This document shows positions 49,648-61,100 of a stretch of 64,000 nucleotides of DNA, in pieces. Source of the stretch: Bdellovibrionota bacterium (GTDB taxonomy: Bacteria > Bdellovibrionota_C > UBA2361 > OMII01). The notes beneath the pieces are model-generated. The model was not told the DNA's origin, did not search any database, and was given only the letters and a program-made list of their open reading frames with translations. The stretch's first letter is position 1, and every line of letters begins with the position of its first letter. The position numbers and the translations under genes are program-made. The stretch is from the NCBI GenBank assembly GCA_044351885.1, contig JBILEW010000010.1:30-64029 (forward strand). Reading direction: 5' to 3'.

Positions 49648-50793
49648 ATGACAGCAATTACTCATCCTGGTAGGTATCGACAGATAGGTTATGCCGTAGG
49701 CGGGCTCGTGCTCGTTGTCGTTATCCTTGCAGTCGTAAAGTTCCTCCAGGTGCGCCGAGCTATGATGATGGCACCAAAGGAGGGGCCTCAAACCGTAACA
49801 ACTTCCTCGGTGACTCAGAGCGCTTGGCGCGAAGGATTCGACACCGTCGGTACTTTTGTCGCTGTTGAGGGTGCAACGCTGAGTGCAGAAGAACCCGGGA
49901 CGGTATCTCGTATCTTGTTCGAGTCCGGCTCGACCGTGCAGCGTGACCAAGTCTTGATAGAACTTGACCATTCGGTTGAAGAGGCGAATCTGGCAGGAGC
50001 CCTCTCGCGAGCAGAGCTCGCGCGTCAGAATCTCGCCCGAGCACGCACCTTGAGGAGTCAGAGCGCGCTCTCGATCGCCAACCTCGAAGATGCACAGTCG
50101 AAACTGCAGCAGAGTGAGGCGGAGGTTCGCTCCCTACGAGCCATCATCGAGCGTAAGACTATCAAAGCGCCCTTCGCCGGAAAGACCGGGATTCGCATGG
50201 TGAATGTTGGTCAGTACGTGTCAGCGGGAACGCCCCTAGTGCCGCTGCACTCGATTGATCCGATCTTCTTCAATTTTTCGGTGCCACAACAGATCCTGCC
50301 GGCTCTTGCAGTTAAGAGCCCCATCCGTTTGGAGGTCGATGCATTTCCCGGGGAGATATTCTCCGGCGAAGTTTCGGCTATCAATCCGAATGTCAACCAG
50401 GCCACTCGAACTATCGAGATCCAGGGCTCGCTCTCGAATGTCAGCGGAAAGCTACTCCCCGGAATGTTCGGTCGCGTACATCTCGATTTGGGGGCAGACC
50501 GTCCGGTGCTTACGATACCCGCATCGAGCGTTGTGTACGCCCCATACGGAAACTTCGTGTTTGTGATTGAGCGAGATAAGGATCCCGAAGGCAAGGAGAC
50601 CCTCACCGTGCGTCAGCAAGTAGTGACCCTGGGCTCACGACGAGGAGATCTCGTCGCAGTAGCTTCAGGGCTCTCCCCTGAAGAGGAGATCGTGACAACG
50701 GGGGGCTTTAAGTTGCGTCCCGGTGGGCCGGTGACGATAAACAACCAGACCGTTCCGCCAGGCAAGGAAAACCCCACTGTTCAGGATTCTTGA
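49648..50793 (+). CDS. RND efflux periplasmic adaptor (MexH/MexV-like)
   Basis: N-terminal TM; GTVSRILFESG, IKAPFAG..GIR.VN.GQYV, LLPGMF, APYG. Confidence 0.9.
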   Translation: MTAITHPGRYRQIGYAVGGLVLVVVILAVVKFLQVRRAMMMAPKEGPQTVTTSSVTQSAWREGFDTVGTFVAVEGATLSAEEPGTVSRILFESGSTVQRDQVLIELDHSVEEANLAGALSRAELARQNLARARTLRSQSALSIANLEDAQSKLQQSEAEVRSLRAIIERKTIKAPFAGKTGIRMVNVGQYVSAGTPLVPLHSIDPIFFNFSVPQQILPALAVKSPIRLEVDAFPGEIFSGEVSAINPNVNQATRTIEIQGSLSNVSGKLLPGMFGRVHLDLGADRPVLTIPASSVVYAPYGNFVFVIERDKDPEGKETLTVRQQVVTLGSRRGDLVAVASGLSPEEEIVTTGGFKLRPGGPVTINNQTVPPGKENPTVQDS

Positions 50794-50802
50794 GGCACGT
50801 CT

Positions 50803-53800
50803 ATGAGGCTCACGGATCTCTTTATCAAGCGCCCGGTTTTAGCGATCTGCTTGAATCTCCTGATTCTGATAGCCGGGTTGCAATCTATTCAGTCGCTCAA
50901 CGTTAAACAGTATCCGAAAAGTGAGAGCTCAGTTGTTACGGTCAAGACGACGTATATCGGTGCGCCGGCGGATCTCGTGCGTGGATACATCTCCACTCCG
51001 CTCGAGCGGGTAATTGCGAGTGCCGATGGTATCGACTACCTCGAATCTGCCAGTCGTCAGGGGATGAGTGAGATCACTGCTCACCTACGGCTCAATTACG
51101 ACGTGAATGCTGCGTTAACGCAGATTCAATCCAAGGTTGCACAAGTTCGTAACGAACTACCCCCCGAGGCAGAAGCTCCGATCATAAACGTGGAGAGCGC
51201 AGATGCGCGCTTCGCATCGATGTACATCGGATTTTCCTCGAAAGAATTGAACCCCAACCAGATTACCGATTACCTGACTCGAGTGGTTCAACCGCAGCTT
51301 TCGGCAGTAGCTGGGGTGCAGCGCGCAGATATCCTCGGGGCGCGAACCTTTGCGATGCGTATCTGGTTGAAGCCCGAACAGATGGCAGCGCTCGGGATAA
51401 GCGCTGCTGAGGTCAGAGCAGCGTTGGCGAGCAACAACTTCCTTTCTGCGATCGGCAACACCAAGGGCTCGATGATCTCGGTCAATCTAGTGGCCAACAC
51501 TGATCTCAAGAGTGTCGATGAGTTCAAAAAGCTCGTCGTTCGCCAGAAAGACGACACAATCGTGCGTCTCGAAGAGATAGCGGATGTCGTTCTGGGGGCC
51601 GAGAATTACGACGAAGATATTCGCTTCGGCGGCGAGTCCGCGACCTTTATCGGTGTATGGGTCCTGCCGAACGCGAATTCGTTGGACGTCATATCGCATG
51701 TTCGCGATGTGCTGCCGGAGATCGAGCGTAACCTTCCGAGCGGCTTGAAGCTCTCCATTCCTTTCGATGCAACGGTATACATTCGTAATTCTATCAAGGA
51801 GGTGCTCAAAACCCTCACCGAAACCATAGCGATAGTAATTCTGGTTATCTTTCTGTTCCTTGGGTCGGCGCGCGCGGTCCTGGTTCCCGTGGTTGCCATT
51901 CCGCTTTCGCTCATCGGAGCCGCTTCCTTGATGTTGACTTTCGGATTTACGGTAAATCTCCTTACGCTCCTCGCCATCGTGCTCGCTGTCGGTTTGGTTG
52001 TAGATGATGCGATCGTCATGCTGGAGAACGTCGAGCGGCATGTTCGGGATGGGGTGGAGCCCGTACAAGCAGCTCTCAAGGCCGCACGCGAACTCTTTTT
52101 CCCGGTCGTTGCAATGACGATCACTTTGGCAGCAGTGTACGCTCCTATCGGTATTCAAGGAGGGCTAACTGGAGCACTCTTCAAAGAATTCGCATTTACT
52201 TTGGCAGGCGCCGTAGTGATTTCGGGCGTAGTGGCGCTTACCCTCTCCCCCATGATGGCATCTCGAATAGTGCGAAAAAACGAGCGCGAGAACCGTTTTC
52301 AGCTTCTCGTTCATTCGTCATTGGATAGGTTGCGCGAAAGGTACAGGCGCGCACTCCGAACCGCTCTTGGATATTCATCGGCAGTGGTAACAGCGAGCAT
52401 CGGCCTTGTCGTGCTCCTGCTTCCCTTTTACATGATGTCGACCAAGGAGTTGGCACCTCGAGAAGATCAGGGAATTATCTTCGGAATTGTTCAGGGGGCC
52501 CCTGATTCGACGATCGAGCAGATGGGCCTGTTCACGCGGCAGATCAACGAGGTCTACCAAAGTGTGCCGGAGTACAAAAACTCCTTTCAACGTACCGGCC
52601 CTGGAGGGGGATTCTCCGGAATGGTGGTTAAGCCGTGGGGGGAGCGTACTCGTACCGTTGAGGAGATTCTTCCTGAGGTGTTGCCCAGGGTTGCTTCGGT
52701 CCCAGGGATCAGGGTCTTTCTCACATCGCCTGCGCCTTTACCGGGTGGAAGCGACCACCCTGTCGAATTCGTGATCTCTTCGACGGCGGAGCCGCAAGAG
52801 GTTGTTTCTTTCGCTCAACAGCTCATCGGGTCCGCATTCGCAAGCGGCAAGTTCATGTATGCCGATACTGATCTGAAGTTTGATCTGCCTCAAGCCGAGG
52901 TGTTTATTGATAAAGACAAAGCCAATTCGATGGGGCTGTCACTCGCCAGTATCGGTGAGGATCTCTCTGTCTATCTCAGCGGTAACTATGTAAATCGCTT
53001 TTCGATCCTCGGAAGGAGCTACAAGGTTATCCCACAGGTGAAGCGCGAGGCGAGGCTCAATCCCGAGCAGCTTCTTGCGCTGCATATTCGTGGCCCCCAA
53101 GGGGGCTTGATACCGCTGCACACCGTAGCCTCGGTCAAAGAAGGCGTTCAGCCGCGTCAGCTCAATCGCTTTCAGCAACTCAATTCTGCCAAGATTCAAG
53201 GAGCTCCGTTACCGGGAACCAGTATCGATGTCGCGCTCAAGGTTTTGGAGCAGAAGGCCAAAGAGATCCTTCCTTCTGGATACAGTGTCGATTACGCGGG
53301 CGAGTCGAGACAGCTTCGAAAAGAGGGGAGCTCTATGACCACGATCCTCATTCTAGCGATAGTGGTGATCTTCCTGGTTTTGGCGGCTCAGTTCGAGAGC
53401 TTCATCGATCCCCTCATAATCCTTGCCGGTTCAGTGCCGTTGGCTCTAGCGGGAGCGATGCTCTTTGTGTTCCTCGATCTGACCTCGCTCAATATCTATT
53501 CTCAGGTAGGTCTGGTCACCCTGGTAGGGCTCGTGGCTAAAAACGGTATTTTAGTAGTTGAGTTCGCCAATCGCCTACAAGAGCAAGGGCTGGCGAAGCT
53601 CGATGCTGTCATCGAAGCAGCGGCGACCCGTTTACGCCCGATCTTGATGACCTCCGTCGCTACCGTAGTAGGTCATTTTCCCCTTGTCATCGCGTCTGGG
53701 GCTGGAGCGAGCGCTCGAAACAGCATCGGTATAACCCTCGTGAGTGGAATGATTATCGGGACGGTTTTTACGCTCTTTGTAGTCCCTGTTTTGTACTCCT

Positions 53801-53892
53801 TGATTGCTCGAACCAAGCGCCGTAGGGAAGCCCCGGAGGATGAGCTCCATGCGTCCAGAGATGATGGGGCTTCTATAGCTGTAGTGCATTGA
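50803..53892 (+). CDS. RND efflux permease, HAE1 (MexI/MexW-like)
   Basis: DLFIKRPVLA, GLVVDDAIVMLENV, AKNGILVVEFAN, RLRPILMT. Confidence 0.93.
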   Translation: MRLTDLFIKRPVLAICLNLLILIAGLQSIQSLNVKQYPKSESSVVTVKTTYIGAPADLVRGYISTPLERVIASADGIDYLESASRQGMSEITAHLRLNYDVNAALTQIQSKVAQVRNELPPEAEAPIINVESADARFASMYIGFSSKELNPNQITDYLTRVVQPQLSAVAGVQRADILGARTFAMRIWLKPEQMAALGISAAEVRAALASNNFLSAIGNTKGSMISVNLVANTDLKSVDEFKKLVVRQKDDTIVRLEEIADVVLGAENYDEDIRFGGESATFIGVWVLPNANSLDVISHVRDVLPEIERNLPSGLKLSIPFDATVYIRNSIKEVLKTLTETIAIVILVIFLFLGSARAVLVPVVAIPLSLIGAASLMLTFGFTVNLLTLLAIVLAVGLVVDDAIVMLENVERHVRDGVEPVQAALKAARELFFPVVAMTITLAAVYAPIGIQGGLTGALFKEFAFTLAGAVVISGVVALTLSPMMASRIVRKNERENRFQLLVHSSLDRLRERYRRALRTALGYSSAVVTASIGLVVLLLPFYMMSTKELAPREDQGIIFGIVQGAPDSTIEQMGLFTRQINEVYQSVPEYKNSFQRTGPGGGFSGMVVKPWGERTRTVEEILPEVLPRVASVPGIRVFLTSPAPLPGGSDHPVEFVISSTAEPQEVVSFAQQLIGSAFASGKFMYADTDLKFDLPQAEVFIDKDKANSMGLSLASIGEDLSVYLSGNYVNRFSILGRSYKVIPQVKREARLNPEQLLALHIRGPQGGLIPLHTVASVKEGVQPRQLNRFQQLNSAKIQGAPLPGTSIDVALKVLEQKAKEILPSGYSVDYAGESRQLRKEGSSMTTILILAIVVIFLVLAAQFESFIDPLIILAGSVPLALAGAMLFVFLDLTSLNIYSQVGLVTLVGLVAKNGILVVEFANRLQEQGLAKLDAVIEAAATRLRPILMTSVATVVGHFPLVIASGAGASARNSIGITLVSGMIIGTVFTLFVVPVLYSLIARTKRRREAPEDELHASRDDGASIAVVH

Positions 53893-53897
53893 TGTCG

Positions 53898-53923
53898 CCC
53901 CTCCGAGGGGGCTTTCGGAGGGG
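53898..53923 (+). terminator. GC-rich hairpin between permease and outer-membrane factor genes
   Basis: cccctccga-N8-tcggagggg followed by only a short T run. Confidence 0.35.
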
Positions 53924-53970
53924 GTTTCCTACGCTCGTGCTCGCATCCGTGTCGTGGTATACACACATCG

Positions 53971-55488
53971 ATGAATTTCGAAACAAAGGGAGCACGTGGA
54001 GTGAGCAAGTGGATCGTAGCGTTCTTCGGGCTGATCGGATGCTCTGGATGCGTCATCGTAGGTCCTGACTATACACGTCCGGAGACTCCGGTCTCCGAGA
54101 GCTTCGTTGGGAAAGATGTTCCGGGGGCTACCCAGGGCGCGGCTGTTGAGAAGTGGTGGTACAGCTTCGCTGACAAACAGCTCGAAGAGCTCATCCTCCA
54201 AGCAGTGCACAACAACAACGATCTCGAAGTGGCACTGGAGCGCGTGAATCAGACCCGTGCCTTGCGTCGTGAGGCGTTTCTCGGACTCTTCCCGATCGTG
54301 ACATCCTCGTTCGACTATACCAACACACATATTCCGACCTCGACGTTTGCAGGAGGAGCGCTCCGACTCGGTAAGACACACATCGACAACGAGGTCTATT
54401 CGACAGGCTTCGATGCATTTTGGGAGGTCGACGTTTTCGGACGGGTTCGACGAGGGGTCGAAGCGCGTACGGCCGATAGCGAGGCCGCGGTCGCGCAACT
54501 TCAAGATGCCGTACGTATCCTGATCGGCGATGTCGCTAGAAACTATTTCCAGCTGCGCGGATTGCAGGCGCAACTGGCAGTAGCGCAGGAGAATGCGCGC
54601 ACCCAAGAGCAGGTCGTGCGTGTTGCCGAGGCTCTCTTTAAAGGTGGGCAGACCACAGAGTTCGACGTGGTTCGTGCAAAATCGCAGCTCTCTTCGACGC
54701 TCGCCTCGATCCCGATTTTGGAGGCGAATATTCAAGCGACCGTGTACCGTTTGGCAGTGTTGAGTGCGAAGCAGCCCGGCGAGTTGAGTTCGCAGCTCAT
54801 TCCACCCAAACCGATCCCCACGTATAACGGACCGGTGACCCTGGGGGATCCCGAAGAGCTCCTCCAGCGTCGTCCGGATATTCGCGCTGCAGAGCGGCGC
54901 TTGGCTTCGGCAACGGCTGGAATCGGTGTTGCAAAAGGCGATCTTTTCCCGAAACTCACCTTCACCGGATCGATATCCTTTCAAGCGCGCTACTTCGACA
55001 AGTTAACCGACGACAATAGCGACGCTTGGAACCTCGGTCCGAGCCTCTCGTGGGCGGCGTTCGACCTGGGTCGTGTCTTGGCACGCATCGATGCCTCTGA
55101 AGCGGTCGCGCGACAATCCCTCGCTCAGTACGAGCAAACCGTGCTTTTGGCACTCGAAGACGTCGAAGGTTCACTTGCTCGTTTCAAGGGGTTCAAGCTT
55201 CGGCGAGATCATCTTCAGGATGCTGTCGAGCAATCAGGAAAGGCGGTGGCCATATCGCGCACACAGTACGAGAACGGATTGATAGACATTCTTCCGGTTC
55301 TCGATGCGCAGCGTAGCGCGCTCATAGCACAGTTGAGTCTGGCAGAGAGCCAAACAGATCTCCTTACATCTCTTGTAGCTGTTTTCAAGGCAGTGGGAGG
55401 AGGTTGGGATGATGCTATCGTCGAGGTGCAAGCTGCTCCAGAGAACGGGGCGCCGCCCGTGACGAACGTTAGTGCGGTCTCTCAGTAG
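53971..55488 (+). CDS. Outer-membrane efflux lipoprotein (NodT/OprM family)
   Basis: GC..GPDY.RP, WW..F.D..L, WEVDVFG, LLQRRPDIRAAERRL, AVGGGW. Confidence 0.92.
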   Translation: MNFETKGARGVSKWIVAFFGLIGCSGCVIVGPDYTRPETPVSESFVGKDVPGATQGAAVEKWWYSFADKQLEELILQAVHNNNDLEVALERVNQTRALRREAFLGLFPIVTSSFDYTNTHIPTSTFAGGALRLGKTHIDNEVYSTGFDAFWEVDVFGRVRRGVEARTADSEAAVAQLQDAVRILIGDVARNYFQLRGLQAQLAVAQENARTQEQVVRVAEALFKGGQTTEFDVVRAKSQLSSTLASIPILEANIQATVYRLAVLSAKQPGELSSQLIPPKPIPTYNGPVTLGDPEELLQRRPDIRAAERRLASATAGIGVAKGDLFPKLTFTGSISFQARYFDKLTDDNSDAWNLGPSLSWAAFDLGRVLARIDASEAVARQSLAQYEQTVLLALEDVEGSLARFKGFKLRRDHLQDAVEQSGKAVAISRTQYENGLIDILPVLDAQRSALIAQLSLAESQTDLLTSLVAVFKAVGGGWDDAIVEVQAAPENGAPPVTNVSAVSQ

Positions 55489-55507
55489 AGGTCGGATTAG
55501 CTGAAAG

Positions 55508-56779
55508 ATGGTAACGCGGATGAAGCATGGCTGGATAACGATACTTCTGTGTACAGCCGCTGTGTGCGTGGCTAAAACTAGTTTAGCAGAAGGAGCAACC
55601 GTAGCATCCGCTTCTTCGTGCGACCGCACCATCGCGCTCGATGAGCTTCAGTCTCTCGCGCTCCAGAAGAGTCCGCTCCTAGCCGAGATCGAGAGTGAGT
55701 ATGCGAATCACATATCCGATGCGTTCGAGACGGAGGTATTGATCAATCCCGAGCTCCAAGCAGAGCAGGCCTATACGAGCATGAAGATCAACGGTGACAA
55801 CGATCCGCAAGCGAACGTGGCCCTTGCTCAGCGATTGAAGCTCTCCAACTTCGGCCAGCGGCAAAGGGTCGCGGCACTTTTGCGCAAGGCTGGTGATACG
55901 CAGCGCAGCGTGAGGTTGCTCGAGTTCACTCAAAAGATCAATTTGCAGTTTTACACCCTGCACGCTCTGCAGCGCTCGGAAGGGATCCTTATCGACTCCG
56001 AGGAGCTTGCATCCAAAAAGGTGGTGCTCGTGCATCAGGGGGTACTCAAAGGGCTTCTATCCGAAGGGGATCACAAACTCTTCGAGGCTGAGAAGTTTCG
56101 CTTGCAGGCGCAACGACGTGGGCTGCAGTCAACCATACACGCCCTGCAGGGCGAATTGAGCAAAGCGGTTGGTTCGGCCTGCGTTTGGCATGCGCGCTCA
56201 GAGCCGACTTTTCCAGCTCTTCCGAGCGAAGCGGAGTTGCTGACCAAGGCGCGCGAAAGTCGACTGAGCGATATGGCGCGAGCAGACCTCATGCTTGGCC
56301 TCGCTTCTGAGCAGGTGCGCCTAGCCGAACTCGATCGATATCCCGAGATCGCACCTCGTATCATCTATCAACATACGAATGACGGAGGTGATTTCGTAGG
56401 CGCCGGCATCGCGATACCGCTTCCGTTCTTCAATCGTAACCAGGGTGAGATCGGTCGTGCTCAGGCAACGGAGATGGCAGCTCGACGGAGGAAGGAGCTG
56501 CTTTCAGATGGCGGTTTGGAGACGCAGGTTCGTTCCCTGCATGCCGCTGTAGTTGCTGCGACGGAACAAGCCGAGCTGTACTCAGCCAAGGTTGTTCCCG
56601 CATACGAAGCAGCGCTGCGGTCTCAAGAGAAGCTGTATGCGCAGGGGAAGGGTAACGTACTTCAAGTGTGGCAGACCTTGCGTTTGTTCAACGAGGCTCG
56701 TAATGAGGCTCTTACATTGTGGCTGGGAGCGGCCACAGCACGCATCCAGCTCTCACTGCTTGTAGGAGAGGAGATATAA
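55508..56779 (+). CDS. czcC: TolC-family outer-membrane protein, CzcC-like
   Basis: Signal peptide; NPEL, IPLPFFNRNQG; directly upstream of czcB-like gene. Confidence 0.7.
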   Translation: MVTRMKHGWITILLCTAAVCVAKTSLAEGATVASASSCDRTIALDELQSLALQKSPLLAEIESEYANHISDAFETEVLINPELQAEQAYTSMKINGDNDPQANVALAQRLKLSNFGQRQRVAALLRKAGDTQRSVRLLEFTQKINLQFYTLHALQRSEGILIDSEELASKKVVLVHQGVLKGLLSEGDHKLFEAEKFRLQAQRRGLQSTIHALQGELSKAVGSACVWHARSEPTFPALPSEAELLTKARESRLSDMARADLMLGLASEQVRLAELDRYPEIAPRIIYQHTNDGGDFVGAGIAIPLPFFNRNQGEIGRAQATEMAARRRKELLSDGGLETQVRSLHAAVVAATEQAELYSAKVVPAYEAALRSQEKLYAQGKGNVLQVWQTLRLFNEARNEALTLWLGAATARIQLSLLVGEEI

Positions 56780-58096
56780 ATGAATCGGGCATACTATTCG
56801 CTCAACACCGCCGCACGAACGGGTGCTGGGTACGAGGTAGGCAGTATTCTTGAACTTTTCACAGTATTGATTACATGTGCGCTCCTGCTGTTTGTCGCTG
56901 GATGCCAAAACTCTTCGGAGGAAGGATCTCGAGAGCATGCTCACGAGGCCCAGCACGAAGAGGAGTTCGAGCGAGGGCCACACGGTGGGCGAATGCTCAG
57001 GGACGGTTCTTTCGCCGTCGAAATTCAGATCTTCGAGAAGGGCGTACCGCCGCAGTTCAGGGTGTACGGATATCGAGGTAGCGAGCCCCTCGCACCCGCT
57101 GATTTTGCCGCCACAATCCGACTCTCGCGTTTAGGGGGTCGGGCCGATGAATTCGTCTTGCAGCAACAGGACAATTTCCTCTCGAGCCTTAAGGAGGTCG
57201 AAGAGCCTCATTCGTTCGATGTGTCCGTAGACGCTCGCTACGATGGAAAGCAGTATTCGTGGTCTTATGCCTCCTATGAGGGAAGGGTGGAGATGCCAGC
57301 CGCCGTCGCGGCGCATTCTGGTGTTACGACAGAGCAGGCCGCACCACACTCGATGCGCTCGATACGTCGAGCGCGTGGGAAGATAGTTCCCAGTGAGCAT
57401 CGTATTGCGCACGTGATACCTCGCTTCGCAGGTGTCGTACGAGAGGGACGCAAGCACATCGGTGACAAGGTAGAGAAGGGCGACGTCTTGGCGATTATCG
57501 AGAGTAATCAGAGCCTACAACCGTTTGAGGTTCGCTCACAGATATCTGGAACCGTCGTAAACGGACACCTCATCGTCGGTGAATACGTGCCCGAGAATCA
57601 GTGGGTGTTCATCGTAGCCGATATATCTGAGGTGTGGGCAGACTTCTTGGTGCCATTGCGGGAAAGCGGAGATATCGCCAAGGGGCAAAAGGTGACCATC
57701 TCTTCGGTAATGGGCTCTGCTACCAAGGAGGGACAGGTTTCATACGTCGCGCCGTATGCCGACGAACGATCGCAGGCTCAACTCGTCAGAGTGATCGTGC
57801 CGAACGAGGGAGGCGCGTTCGTGCCAGGAATGTTCATCACGGGAGAGATCGTCGTAGGTGAGGCTAACATTCCAGTTGCAGTCAAGCGCGAGGCGATTCA
57901 GCGTCTACGAGATTGGAATGTCGTGTTCGTCCGTGTAGGAGATGTCTACGAAGCGCGCCCAGTCGAATTGGGACGTTCTGACGGCGACTGGGTGGAAGTA
58001 GTTGAGGGGCTTCGTGCAGGAGAAGAATATGTCGTCGGTAATTCGTTCCTCATGAAAGCGGACGCTCTCAAGGCGGGTGCTTCTCATGATCACTAA
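56780..58096 (+). CDS. czcB: Heavy-metal efflux periplasmic adaptor, CzcB-like
   Basis: His/Glu tract, RGPHGGRML, VEEPHSFDV, C-terminal KAGASHDH. Confidence 0.85.
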   Translation: MNRAYYSLNTAARTGAGYEVGSILELFTVLITCALLLFVAGCQNSSEEGSREHAHEAQHEEEFERGPHGGRMLRDGSFAVEIQIFEKGVPPQFRVYGYRGSEPLAPADFAATIRLSRLGGRADEFVLQQQDNFLSSLKEVEEPHSFDVSVDARYDGKQYSWSYASYEGRVEMPAAVAAHSGVTTEQAAPHSMRSIRRARGKIVPSEHRIAHVIPRFAGVVREGRKHIGDKVEKGDVLAIIESNQSLQPFEVRSQISGTVVNGHLIVGEYVPENQWVFIVADISEVWADFLVPLRESGDIAKGQKVTISSVMGSATKEGQVSYVAPYADERSQAQLVRVIVPNEGGAFVPGMFITGEIVVGEANIPVAVKREAIQRLRDWNVVFVRVGDVYEARPVELGRSDGDWVEVVEGLRAGEEYVVGNSFLMKADALKAGASHDH

Positions 58097-58152
58097 GGGA
58101 AGTGCGGCAAAACCTACCCGTAGCGAGAAGGTGGGGGGGTGGGTTGATATTC
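58094..58152 (+). repeat. Repeat module (AGGGAAG..GCAAAACCTACC family) inside the czc operon
   Basis: 21/23 match to 941-963; continues matching the reverse complement of ~8043-8102. Confidence 0.6.
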
Positions 58153-58197
58153 GATTTTCGCGACGGGGGAAAATCTCCCGAATCGTTAGAGGACTAG

Positions 58198-61100
58198 ATG
58201 TTTAACAAGATCCTGAGAGCTTCCATCCTCCATCGCCACGCCGTCCTTACAGTTACCGTTCTTGTCGCGTTGCTCAGTGTTTTCTCGTACAAGCGCCTGA
58301 TTATCGATGCTGTTCCGGACATAACGAACATTCAGGTTCAAATTAACACCCACGCTCCAGGCTATTCGCCCTTCGAGACGGAACGTCGCATCACACAGCC
58401 CCTGGAGTTGATGTTGGCTGGAATACCCTCCCTCGAATACACCCGCTCTCTTTCACGCTACGGGCTCTCGCAAGTAACGGTAGTTTTCAAGGACAAGACC
58501 GATATCTACTTCGCCCGTCAACTCGTCTCACAGCGCATTCAGGAATCGAAGGAGAAGTTGCCACCAGGTATCAATCCTTCTATGGGGCCGATAGCGACCG
58601 GCCTTGGCGAGATCTTCATGTTTACGGTCGAGAACGATCCGACCTCGAACAAGCAACACTCGCTTCAAGAGCTTCGAGAGATCCAGGATTGGGTAGTGCG
58701 CCCTCAGCTCAGAACGGTTCCCGGAGTGGTTGAGATCAACTCGATCGGTGGTGCCGCGAAGCAGGTTGTCGTGACACCTGACGTCGAGAAGCTCAGAGCT
58801 CATGCACTTACGCTGAGCGATGTCTCGCTGGCAATTGGTCGCAACAATACAAACGTTGGAGCCGGCTTCATAGAGCAGAACGGCGAGCAGTTCCTGGTAC
58901 GCGTTCCATCGCAAGTCGAGGTCCCGTCCGAGCTACTCGATATCGTTCTCGGTGTTCACGATACTACGCCTATTTACCTTCGTGACGTTGCGCGAGTCGA
59001 GATCGGTTCTGAGCTGCGGACCGGTGCTGCAACTCAGAACGGTCGAGAAGTTGTGCTCGGTACGGTGTTTATGTTGATGGGCGAAAATGGGCGTGCCGTT
59101 TCGCAGCGCGTGAGTACCAAGATCGAAGAGATCGCACGCTCCGTTCCGGAAGGCGTCGTTGTTCGGCCCGTGTACAATCGCTCGAATCTGGTAAATGCCA
59201 CGATCGCCACCGTCAAAAAGAATCTGCTTGAAGGAGCTCTGTTCGTCGTCGTCATACTGTTTCTCGCTTTGGGAAACTTCAGAGCAGCTCTCATTACCGC
59301 GCTCGTAATCCCGCTTTCAATGGGTGTGACGATCCTGGGAATGGTTCAAGGTAAGTTGAGCGCAAACCTGATGAGTCTCGGGGCACTCGACTTCGGATTA
59401 ATCGTAGATGGTGCTGTGATCTTGGTCGAAAACTGCATTAGGCGCCTCTCTCACGCGCAGGCTCGGCTGGGACGACTCCTCTCCAAGGAAGAGCGGCTGG
59501 AGTTGGTATACGAAGCATCCTCTGAGGTACGTCAAGCGACGATGTTCGGTGAGCTGATCATCATGATCGTATATGTACCGATCCTCGCTCTGTCGGGTAT
59601 CGAGGGGAAGATGTTTCATCCCATGGCTCTGACCGTGCTGCTAGCGCTCGGGGCGGCTTTTGTATTCTCTCTGACCTTTGTTCCTGCCGCGGTGGCGATA
59701 TTCATTACGGGACGTGTGAGCGAGCACGGTAAGATTATCACTCGGATTCAGACTGGATACGCGGCGTTACTAGGGCGCATCTTGCGATATCCACGTACCG
59801 TCCTCGTAGGGGCGGTTTGTTTTTTCCTCTCCTCGCTAGCGCTTTTTGGGCGTTTGGGAGCAGAGTTCATCCCATCGTTGGACGAGGGAGACATCGCGTT
59901 GCACGCAATGCGAATCCCTGGGACCTCCCTGTCTCAATCAATCTCGATGCAACATCAGCTCGAAACCGAGATTAAAAAGATCCCGGAGGTAAAGGAGGCT
60001 CTCGCAAAAATAGGAACAGCCGAGATAGCAACGGACCCCATGCCCCCGAGCATCGCAGATGGATACGTAATCTTGAAGCCGCGCAAAGAGTGGAGCGATC
60101 CGGGAAAACCGAAGGAGGAGGTTGTTGCTCAACTGGAGCGCCTCCTACGGGACGTTCCAGGAAATAACTACGAGTTTACCCAGCCGATTCAGATGCGCTT
60201 CAACGAGCTGATAGCAGGCGTCCGTAGCGACCTAGCCGTGAAGATATTCGGAGACGATACGGGTGTTTTGACGGAGCAGGGAAAACAGGTTGAGGCGATC
60301 CTTCGAGGTATTCACGGTGCGTCGGATGTGAAGCTTGAACAAACTACTGGCTTACCGATGATTTCGATCGAACCGGACCGAGCAAGGGTCGGACGCTTCG
60401 GTCTCAATGCAGGGGATGTGCAAGACCTCGTGCGTACAGCCTATGCCGGTGAAACCGTGAGCACCTTCTTCGAAGGGGATAGAAGCTTTCCGATCGTAGT
60501 TCGGTTGAGCGATGTCGACCGTCACGATATCAGAGCTCTGTCGCGACTACCGATCCTACTTCCGAGTACGGATACGTCGGCTCTCTCCCTCGAGGCGGAA
60601 CGAGCAGCCTTCAAGTACGAGACACCGGAGCGACCTTATCTGACGCTCGAGGATGTAGCGAACGTATCGATAGTCGAGGGACCGAACCAAATCAGTAGGG
60701 AGAATGGAAAACGCAGGGTAGTCGTCACGGCGAACGTCCGCGGGCGTGATCTAGCATCGTTTGTCGAAGAGGCTCAGTCCAAGCTCACTACTCGCCTCAA
60801 ACTGCCTGATGGGTATTGGATGGGCTTAGGTGGTCAGTACGAGCATCTTATCTCGGCTCGAGCCCGACTGATGATAGTTGTGCCGCTGGTGCTCGCTAGC
60901 GTATTCGGCCTCATCCTCGTCACTTTTCGCTCATTTCGATATTCGTTACTCGTATTCTCAGGGGTTCCCTTCGCCCTGTCAGGAGGAATTATCGCCTTGT
61001 GGCTCAGAGAGATCCCCTTCTCGATATCGGCAGCGGTGGGTTTCATCGCCCTCTCGGGGGTGTCTGTTTTAAATGGACTTGTGTTGGTGAGCTTCACGAG

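Noticed and set aside
53929-54984. Long antisense ORFs (also 16193-17182, 25146-25910, 30551-31243)
   Set aside because: Shadow ORFs opposite longer or well-supported genes, with no motifs.
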